Shown: positions 49,431 through 56,776 of the stretch, piece by piece | Layout: each line of letters opens with the position of its first letter | Position numbering within the stretch: position 1 is the stretch's first letter | Assembly (NCBI GenBank): GCA_965197905.1 | Contig: CBDAOB010000005.1 | Span: 2,048,001-2,112,000, forward strand | Origin: Candidatus Latescibacterota bacterium | GTDB taxonomy: Bacteria > Latescibacterota > UBA2968 > UBA8231 | Direction: 5' to 3' | Length of the DNA: 64,000 nucleotides | Made by a program: the position numbers and the translations under genes | Notes under the pieces: generated by a model | Databases searched by the model: none | What the model was told of the DNA's origin: nothing | What the model saw: only the letters and a program-made list of their open reading frames with translations

Positions 49431-50303
49431 TCAACGCATGGTTTTTATGAACGATCCACTGAACGTTCCGCGGGCGACTTCGGCGACAGGCCCCTGCATC
49501 GTCAGGTTGAACTGTTCGTCCAGGTCGATATGCAGGGTTCCTCCCGGGGATTTTACCGCCACCGGTCCACGGACGAGGCCGAGCCTCACCGCAGCGCTGG
49601 CGGCAGCGCAAGAGGAGGAACCGGACGCTTGGGTTTCACCCGCTCCGCGCTCCCAGATCTGGATAAAGATTGACCTGGGACCCACGGGAACGGCGAGCTG
49701 AACGTTGATTCGCCGCGGGAAGTAAGGATGATTCTCCAGCTGCGGTCCTAACCTGAGCAACTCGTCCCTGCTCCATCGGGCTCCTTTTGGCCGAAAGATC
49801 ACGCAGTGGGGATTGCCCACGCTCACACCGGTAAAACGAAACTTCTCGCCCCCTGTCTCGATCGGTTGATCGATCAACTCCGGAACCCTGAGTACACAAG
49901 GTAGATCGGGTGGGGCAAACGATGCGGTTCCCATGGCTACTGTCGCACTACTGGGCTCGTCGTCGTCGTCGAGGTGCAGATCCACGGCCACCATCCCACC
50001 TTTGGTTTCAACGGTGAATTGACGGCGACGGGTCCGACGGGTGGCGAACAGAAAACGTGCGAAAATACGTAACCCGTTTCCCGACTTTTCCGCTTCGCTC
50101 CCATCGGGATTGTAGATACGCAGTCCGAAATCCGCCCGCCGAGATCGGTTGAGAGCCAGTATCCCGTCACTTCCCACGCCCCAGTTGCGGTCACAGATCT
50201 TGCGAATGTTCCCGGGTGTCAGGCGGAACTCCAACTCTTCGGGATCCACCGCGATATAGTCGTTGCCCAGTCCGTGACCTTTGAAAAATCGGTTATTCGC
50301 CAC
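49431..50303 (-). CDS. dapF: diaminopimelate epimerase
   Basis: KGHGLGNDY, GVGSDG, NPDGSEAEKSGNG, GNPHCV and WERGAGETQASGSS. Both catalytic Cys positions read Ser in this copy. Confidence 0.88.
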   Translation of the reverse strand: MANNRFFKGHGLGNDYIAVDPEELEFRLTPGNIRKICDRNWGVGSDGILALNRSRRADFGLRIYNPDGSEAEKSGNGLRIFARFLFATRRTRRRQFTVETKGGMVAVDLHLDDDDEPSSATVAMGTASFAPPDLPCVLRVPELIDQPIETGGEKFRFTGVSVGNPHCVIFRPKGARWSRDELLRLGPQLENHPYFPRRINVQLAVPVGPRSIFIQIWERGAGETQASGSSSCAAASAAVRLGLVRGPVAVKSPGGTLHIDLDEQFNLTMQGPVAEVARGTFSGSFIKTMR

Positions 50304-50338
50304 TCCCCTACACCTCGTGTTTCAACTTGATTTCTTTG

Positions 50339-50366
50339 AACTTAGAAAGATGCCGACAACTGTCAA
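50339..50366 (-). promoter_or_regulatory. sigma70-type promoter candidate for dapF
   Basis: TTGACA-N16-TAAGTT. Confidence 0.5.
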
Positions 50367-50509
50367 CTGTTTTCCAAAGTCACTAATCACATATACTTAT
50401 GAAAGGGAGGGAATGCATACGAACGTGTTCCCCTACCGGAGAGAAAAGCCATTTCATGGATCTTCGTTCGTCTGCATTCTGTCAGATGCACGTCAGATGT
50501 TAGCGACGC

Positions 50510-50670
50510 TCAATTGCTCATTGAGCGATTCACAGCCGCCGCATGATCGTCGGGAAACAGATGAGAGTAAATGTCCAGCGTCATTGAGGCCGTGGCATGT
50601 CGCATCTGCTTCTGGACAGCTTTGACATTCTCCCCCCGCGAGATCATCAAGGATGCGGTGGTGTGACCGG
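50510..50670 (-). pseudogene. C-terminal remnant of a phage-type tyrosine integrase
   Basis: HTTASLMISRGENVKAVQKQMRHATASMTLDIYSHLFP matches box II with the catalytic Tyr. The upstream HxxR and the N-terminal part are missing. Confidence 0.8.
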
Positions 50671-50842
50671 TGACATGCTGCCGGACGCGTCGAGCTCGAC
50701 GATCCCTTTCAGCGTTTTCAGGGAATTCGATTCGTGGCAATTCTTTGTGCGCGGGCTTGTGGATTCACCGAGTTTGGGCGCGTGATCTTGAGACGCACGT
50801 CGATAAAATGGTCGCGAAGGCGAACTTCAGTAACAGCAAATA

Positions 50843-51952
50843 TTATTCGGCCTGTTGTGGTCTATTTTTTCTGATTGTGACCTGACCAGTAAAGCCGCCC
50901 GCAATCAGCTTGTCTGCAAGGGCCTGAGCTGAATCAGTTGGTAAAGCTGAGTTTTGACTGACTACCAGGTCACCTCCGACGCGGGTGAGAGTACTCAATG
51001 CCGTCAAGGAAGTCAGAGCGGCATTGATCCTGACTACCAGGTCCCTCCCCACGCGGGTGAGACTATTCAGGCCTTCCAGGCTGGTCAGAGCGGGATTGAT
51101 TCTAACTGCCAGGTCCCCTCCGACACTGGCAAGATTATTCAAACCTTCCAGCGTACTCAGAGACGCATTGTTCTTAACTACCAGGTCCTTCCCGACGCGG
51201 GTGAGGTTGTTCAGGCCTTCCACGCTGGTCAAAGCACGATTGAAGTCGATGACCAGATCCCCCTCAACGCGGGTCAGGTTACTCAACGCGGCCAGATTCA
51301 CCAGACCTTCACCGGACTCGACTACCAGGTCCCCTCCGACGTGGCTGATATTGTCCAATCCTTCCAGGGTGGCGAGAGACCCATTGAAGCGAATAGTCAG
51401 GCTCTGGACGCGGGTGAGGTTGCTCAAACCCGCCAGATTCCTCAGTGCAGCATGGCCGCTGATTCTCAGGTCTCCACCGACGTGGGTGAGGTTACTCAGC
51501 GCCGACAGACTCTTCAGCGCAGCATTGTTCGCGATTGCCATGTACCCCTCGACGCGGGTTAGGTTGTTCAGGCCTTCCAGGCTGGTCAGAGACCCATTCC
51601 AGCGAATGGTCAGGCTACGGACGCGGGTGAGGTTGCTCAACGCCGACAGGCTGGTCAGCGCGGCATTGCGGTCGATGACTAGGCTTCCGACGTTGGTGAG
51701 ATTCTTCAAACCGGCCAGCGTGGTGAGAGGAGAGTGCTCCACTGTCAGGTTGCCCGCGATGGCAAAGGACCTATCTCCAGCAGCAGCGATCAGCCCGTCG
51801 AGATCCTCTTGAGAACAAAGCGTGAAGTCGCCCTCCAGGACTACTACCTCAACCTGACTCCGCGCCGCCTCGAAGTCGGCGTTTTGTGCCCATACCGAGG
51901 CGCTGTGCACACCGCTCAGCAGCAGGGCCATTAGCCACCGTTTTATCTGCAC
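50843..51952 (-). CDS. secreted leucine-rich-repeat (receptor L-domain-like) protein
   Basis: SD AGGAGG with GTG start, signal peptide ending VWA, and 11 repeats of about 23-25 aa (LTSLEGLNNLTRVGGDLVI..N). Confidence 0.88.
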   Translation of the reverse strand: MQIKRWLMALLLSGVHSASVWAQNADFEAARSQVEVVVLEGDFTLCSQEDLDGLIAAAGDRSFAIAGNLTVEHSPLTTLAGLKNLTNVGSLVIDRNAALTSLSALSNLTRVRSLTIRWNGSLTSLEGLNNLTRVEGYMAIANNAALKSLSALSNLTHVGGDLRISGHAALRNLAGLSNLTRVQSLTIRFNGSLATLEGLDNISHVGGDLVVESGEGLVNLAALSNLTRVEGDLVIDFNRALTSVEGLNNLTRVGKDLVVKNNASLSTLEGLNNLASVGGDLAVRINPALTSLEGLNSLTRVGRDLVVRINAALTSLTALSTLTRVGGDLVVSQNSALPTDSAQALADKLIAGGFTGQVTIRKNRPQQAE

Positions 51953-52050
51953 TTCCTCCTGAACATCAGGTTCTCATCCTCTCGACCCCCCAAGCGCTGT
52001 CGTTGTCAATAGTTGTTAATATAACAAAGGCTTTTGGTGCGTTTTGACCT

Positions 52051-52866
52051 TTGGCGGCGGACACTGGATCGAACGAGTCGAAGGGTAGAGTAATGGTGCA
52101 CGTCTGGTGTGAAGTGGGACTGAAGGATTGGGTTCCTTCCTACGGCTTTGGGGTTTGTCTCACGGATTACGACAACGACGGCGATCCGGACATTTACGTC
52201 GCCAATGACATCCATCAGAATTTTCTCTACCGGAACAACGGGGACGGGACCTTTAAAGAGGTGGGGGCACGCATGAGCGCAGGGCGCTCCTGGCACGGGG
52301 TAGCGCAGGCAGGTATGGGAGTCGATGCGGGCGACTACGACAATGATGGAGATTTCGATCTCTTCGTCACCAATTTTGCCAATGACTATTCAACCATGTA
52401 CACAAACCAGGGCAAGTACTTCGACGACATCACCCCCGCGACCGGTTTGTGGAAAACCACGTTTACTACCCTCGGCTGGGGGACTTCGTTTTTCGACTAT
52501 GACCACGATGGGGATATCGATATCGCCGTGTTCAACATCGACGATAAGCCCAATCTTCTGCGCAACAATGGAGGCAATGACCGCCACTGGCTGCAGGTAA
52601 AGACGGTGGGCACAAAGAGCAATCGTTTGGGCATCGGGGCCCGCATCCGGGTCCGGGTGGACTCACTGGTGCAGCTGCGGGAGATTCGCTCGGGGTCGAG
52701 TTATCTGTCGCAGAACGGTAGGAGCGCCCACTTTGGGCTGGGCTTGCGGACGCGGGCGGACACGGTCGAAGTGCGCTGGCCCTCAGGGACGGTGGACCGC
52801 ATCGCCGATCTGTCTGTGGATCGTCTACTGATCGTCAAAGAAGGGCGCGGAGTCGCCCAGGATTGA
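52051..52866 (+). pseudogene. truncated CRTAC1/ASPIC-UnbV FG-GAP repeat protein
   Basis: DYDNDGDPDIYVAND, AGMGVDAGDYDNDG and C-terminal GIGARIRV...SYLSQ...HFGLG...VEVRWPSG. No signal peptide or N-terminal half, and apparently an internal deletion. Confidence 0.75.
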
Positions 52867-54225
52867 ATTCGCCACGCGGATGAAGTTGCCTCCGATGATC
52901 TTGCGCACGTCGTCGTCCGAGTATCCGCGCACAACCAGAGCCAACGTGATGTTGTAGGGACAGGCGTAGGTGCTCAGGGCGTTGGGCTCCATCAGAAAGT
53001 CCCAGGCCTCCCGGTATTTAAAGGCCCTGAAGTGGGGACCGGGGCCGGCGTGGGGATGGGCTTCGCAAAAAGACCTGAGGTTGTCGGGCTTTAGAGCCTC
53101 GATCCACTCTCGCGGAGCGAAGCTCAACATGGAGACGTAGTCGCTGGACCAGGCCACGTTTTCGGCGCCCAGCAGCTGGACGGCGTGGTCGACGTGGCGC
53201 ATGAATGCCTCGATCGAGTACCCGCCGGTGAGGGTCGGGGTGCAGCAGATGCCGATGAGCCCGCCGGCATCGACGATGGCTTTCATCACCTCATCATCGC
53301 AGTTGCGCCAGATCCCCAGGCCGTGGTCCACGGCGCGGCAACAGATGTGGCTGGCAATGACCGGTTTGTCCGAGGTCCTGGCAATGTCGATGGCTGACTG
53401 CGGCGAGCAGTGGGATGTATCCACGATGATGCCGAGCTTGTTCATCCGCCGCACGATGGCCCGCCCCAGGTCCGTCAGTCCCATCTTTGGGTCGCTTCCC
53501 TGACCGCCGCAGTACTCGTTGCCCCTGCCGTGGGTGAGCAGCGACCAGCGCACACCCCACTGGTAGAGCAGATCCAGATTCTCGAACGCATCCCGCTTTT
53601 CATCCACTACCGGGCGGCCGTGGCAATTCCAGAATGACCCGTGCCTGTCGTTTTCCTTGAGCTCTTCGACGCCCTCCAGGTTTACGAGTTTCTCCAGAAA
53701 ATCGACTTCATCGAAGACAAAATTCCACACGGCCAGCGTATCCAGTACTCGATCCTCCGGGACAGCCGCCCAATCCATGTCGTTGACGCCGACATCCACG
53801 CCCTGCGCCGCAAGAAGCGCCTGATAGTCCTGCGGGATGTCGTCGGTGCCGCGGACCACTTCATAGGCTCGCGCCGCTCCGACCGAGTCTTTCTGAGACC
53901 CAGCCACGAATTGGCGCTGCAGCAGTTGGTCAGCCAATCTGCCTTTCTCTTTTTCGTTGGCCGCGCCGCTCAACTGATGGGAGATCTGGTCTTCCATGCC
54001 CCGGGTGTAGAAAGCGCCGAACAAGGTCCATACCTCGCGGGCGTATCCGCCCATGATGTCGCATACGATGGACTCGTGGTGGAGCGCCAGGCCGCGCTCG
54101 ATCTGCTGCGGGGAAGGATTGATCTCGGCCAGGGCCGCCTTTCGCGCCCGGCGGATGCATTCTGCAACGCGCGGGGAAGCGGCTAGGTCTTCCGGCTTCC
54201 AGTCCGCCCAGTTTGCCGTGCTCAT
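52825..54225 (-). CDS. M19 (membrane dipeptidase) fold amidohydrolase, paralog 1
   Basis: GLTDLGR...MNKLGIIVDTSH, PVIASH, RN.DD..KAI...GG.IG, HVDHAV and KIIGGNF.RV motifs. Confidence 0.88.
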   Translation of the reverse strand: MSTANWADWKPEDLAASPRVAECIRRARKAALAEINPSPQQIERGLALHHESIVCDIMGGYAREVWTLFGAFYTRGMEDQISHQLSGAANEKEKGRLADQLLQRQFVAGSQKDSVGAARAYEVVRGTDDIPQDYQALLAAQGVDVGVNDMDWAAVPEDRVLDTLAVWNFVFDEVDFLEKLVNLEGVEELKENDRHGSFWNCHGRPVVDEKRDAFENLDLLYQWGVRWSLLTHGRGNEYCGGQGSDPKMGLTDLGRAIVRRMNKLGIIVDTSHCSPQSAIDIARTSDKPVIASHICCRAVDHGLGIWRNCDDEVMKAIVDAGGLIGICCTPTLTGGYSIEAFMRHVDHAVQLLGAENVAWSSDYVSMLSFAPREWIEALKPDNLRSFCEAHPHAGPGPHFRAFKYREAWDFLMEPNALSTYACPYNITLALVVRGYSDDDVRKIIGGNFIRVANSILGDSAPFFDDQ

Positions 54226-54231
54226 CCGGTG

Positions 54232-55662
54232 TTAGGAGCTGTAATACCCGTCTGCCAGGGGGCCTGCGTGCAGAGGTTTGCCCAGGATGGAATTCGCCAC
54301 GCGGATGAAGTTGCCGCCGATGATCTTGCGCACATCCTCATCCGAGTAGCCGCGCGCAACCAGAGCCACGGTGAGAAAGTAGGGACAGGCCTGCTTGCTG
54401 AGCGCATTGGGCTCGGCGAAGAAATCCCAGGCCTCCTTGTATTTAAGCGCCCTGAAGAGAAAGGGGCCCGCGTGAGGTGGCGCTTCGCTGGACGGGATGA
54501 GATTGTCGGGCTTGAAGGCCTCCACCCAGTCTCGCGGGGCAAAACTCATCATGGTACCGTAGTCACTGGACCAGGCCACGCGATCGACGCCCACCAGCTT
54601 CACCGCGTGGTCCACGTGGCGCATAAAGGCCTCGATCGTATAACCTCCGGTCAGCGTGGGCGTGGAGCAGATGCCGATGAGCCCGCCCGAATCCACGACC
54701 GCCTTTATCACGTGGTCGTCGAAGTTGCGCCAGATTCCCAGGCCGTGGTCCAGGGCGCGGCAGCAGGTGTGGCTGGCTATCACCGGCTTATCTGAAATGC
54801 TGGCGATGTCGATGGCCGATTGCGCCGAGCAGTGACTGGTGTCGACGATGATGCCCAGCTTGTTCATGCGCTGTACGAGCACCCGTCCTAGATCTGTCAG
54901 TCCCATCTTCGGGTCGCTTCGCTGCGCTCCGCAGTACTCGTTGCCTCGGCCGTGGGTCAGCAGGGACCAGCGCACGCCCCACTCGTAAAGGAGATCCAGA
55001 TTTTCGAAGGCATCCCGCCGTTCGTCCACTACCGGGCGTCCGTGGCAGAGCCAGAGCACCCCGTGTTTCCCCTCCTGCTTGAGCTTCTCCACCTTGTCCA
55101 GGTTTACAATCTTTTCCATGAAGTCCACTGCGTCGCACACCAGAATGCTCACCCCCAGAATGTTCATTAGCCGCTCGGGTGGGATAGCTGCCCAGTCGTT
55201 ACTGAGTATACCTACGTCCACGCCCTGCGCGGTCCGGAGTGCCTCGTAGTCCTGCCGGATCCCATCCGCCCCGCGCAGCACCTCGTACAACCGCGCGGCT
55301 CCCTGGCCATCCTTGTGACACCCCTGGAGATCCGCACGTCCGCCGATTTCACTCTGGAGCAGTTCATAGGCCAGCTTGGACCTTTCCTTTTGGTCGGCCG
55401 CCCCGCTCAGCTGCCGCTGGATGCGATCTTCCATGGCCCGGGTAAACATGCCGCTCATCGAGCTCCAGAATTCTTTGTGATATCCACCCATGAGATCGCA
55501 GACAATGGACTCGTGGTGGAGCGTGAGGCCGCGCTCGATCTGCTGCGGGGAAGGATTGATCTCGGCCAGGGCGGCCTCTCGCGCTTTGCGAATGCTTTCT
55601 GCAGCCCACGGCGATGCGGCGAGTTTCTCCGGCCTCCAGTCTTTCCAATTCTCAGTGCTCAT
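54232..55662 (-). CDS. M19 fold amidohydrolase, paralog 2 (tandem duplicate of paralog 1)
   Basis: Same motifs. Long near-identical DNA stretches shared with 52825-54225. Confidence 0.88.
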   Translation of the reverse strand: MSTENWKDWRPEKLAASPWAAESIRKAREAALAEINPSPQQIERGLTLHHESIVCDLMGGYHKEFWSSMSGMFTRAMEDRIQRQLSGAADQKERSKLAYELLQSEIGGRADLQGCHKDGQGAARLYEVLRGADGIRQDYEALRTAQGVDVGILSNDWAAIPPERLMNILGVSILVCDAVDFMEKIVNLDKVEKLKQEGKHGVLWLCHGRPVVDERRDAFENLDLLYEWGVRWSLLTHGRGNEYCGAQRSDPKMGLTDLGRVLVQRMNKLGIIVDTSHCSAQSAIDIASISDKPVIASHTCCRALDHGLGIWRNFDDHVIKAVVDSGGLIGICSTPTLTGGYTIEAFMRHVDHAVKLVGVDRVAWSSDYGTMMSFAPRDWVEAFKPDNLIPSSEAPPHAGPFLFRALKYKEAWDFFAEPNALSKQACPYFLTVALVARGYSDEDVRKIIGGNFIRVANSILGKPLHAGPLADGYYSS

Positions 55663-55710
55663 TTTGAATGCTCTTTCTATTTGGTTCCCACCGACGATCT
55701 GTTCGAGGTC

Positions 55711-56733
55711 TTATTTGCGAAGACTGCCGATCACGTCGTCGTCGTAGTGATAAATCGCCGGCACCCCGCCGGTGTGCACGTAGAGCAGATTCTGACGCGA
55801 GGAGAATCGTCCCTGTCGCACCAGATCGATCAGGCCGGCCATCGCCTTGCCGCTGTAGACAGGGTCCAGCAGGATTGCCTCACTGTGGGCCAGGAGTTGG
55901 ACGGCTTCGGCCATCTCCGGTGTCGGAATGGAATAGCCCGGACCAACGTATTCATCGCAACAGATGATCGCATTCTCATTCACCGAAGAAGGAAGCGAAA
56001 GCAGTTCGAGGGTGTCTGCAAAGAGGCTGATGACGCGGTCGGATTGCGTTTTCGTATCGGCACCGGTGCAGATGCCGATGATCTCGGGTGTCTGCTCCAA
56101 TGCGCCCAGGCCGAGGAGTAGTCCCGCCTGCGTGCCGCCGCTACCGCCGCTGGCGTGTAAAATCGCATCGAAGGCGATATCCATCTGCTGCGATTGGGCG
56201 ATGATCTCGTTGGCGCAATCGACATATCCGAGCGCCCCTAAAGGCATGCGGGCCCCCACCGGGATCAGATACGGTTTTCTCTCCTCGCCACGCGCCTGCT
56301 CGGCCATCTTCTCCATCGCGGCATTCATGTCTGTGCCGCCGGGGACCACTTCGAAATGCTCCACGCCCAGCAGGCGATAGAGGAAGTTGTTCCCCGAGGC
56401 GTCGGGATCGTAACTGCCCGGCACGCGCTCCTCCAGCACGAGCCGGCACTCGAGTCCTTCGAGGCTGGCGGCCGAAGCGGTGAGCCGGCAGTGGTTCGAC
56501 TGTATGGCTCCGCAGGTTATTAGGGTGTCGGCGCCTTGAGCCATCGCGTCGGCCACGACGAACTCGAGCTTGCGTGTTTTGTTGCCGCCCCCCAGCAAGC
56601 CCAGGCAGTCGTCGCGCTTGATGTAGATGTTGGGGCCGCCCAATTCCGCCGAGAAACGTTCGAGTGCGATGAGCGGGGTCGGCCCGTCGGTGTAGCGGCG
56701 TCGATCAAAACGAGTCAGATCGATCGTGTCCAT
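55711..56733 (-). CDS. dcyD: D-cysteine desulfhydrase family PLP enzyme
   Basis: KRDD..GGNKTRKLE, QSNHCR, LLDPVYSGK and HTGG motifs. Confidence 0.85.
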   Translation of the reverse strand: MDTIDLTRFDRRRYTDGPTPLIALERFSAELGGPNIYIKRDDCLGLLGGGNKTRKLEFVVADAMAQGADTLITCGAIQSNHCRLTASAASLEGLECRLVLEERVPGSYDPDASGNNFLYRLLGVEHFEVVPGGTDMNAAMEKMAEQARGEERKPYLIPVGARMPLGALGYVDCANEIIAQSQQMDIAFDAILHASGGSGGTQAGLLLGLGALEQTPEIIGICTGADTKTQSDRVISLFADTLELLSLPSSVNENAIICCDEYVGPGYSIPTPEMAEAVQLLAHSEAILLDPVYSGKAMAGLIDLVRQGRFSSRQNLLYVHTGGVPAIYHYDDDVIGSLRK

Positions 56734-56776
56734 GGACAAGCTCCATCGATTTGATTGTTGGCCATTCCTATAGTTG

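Noticed and set aside
50510..50740. Functional integrase or intact prophage
   Set aside because: Only ~50 C-terminal codons are recognisable, and there are no phage structural or replication genes in the window.
50950..51720. Regularly spaced DNA repeats resembling a CRISPR array
   Set aside because: They are degenerate in-frame coding repeats of the LRR protein, with no unique spacers and no cas genes.
55711..56733. ACC deaminase (acdS) call
   Set aside because: The diagnostic Glu and Leu positions are Ser and Thr (PVYSGK, HTGG).
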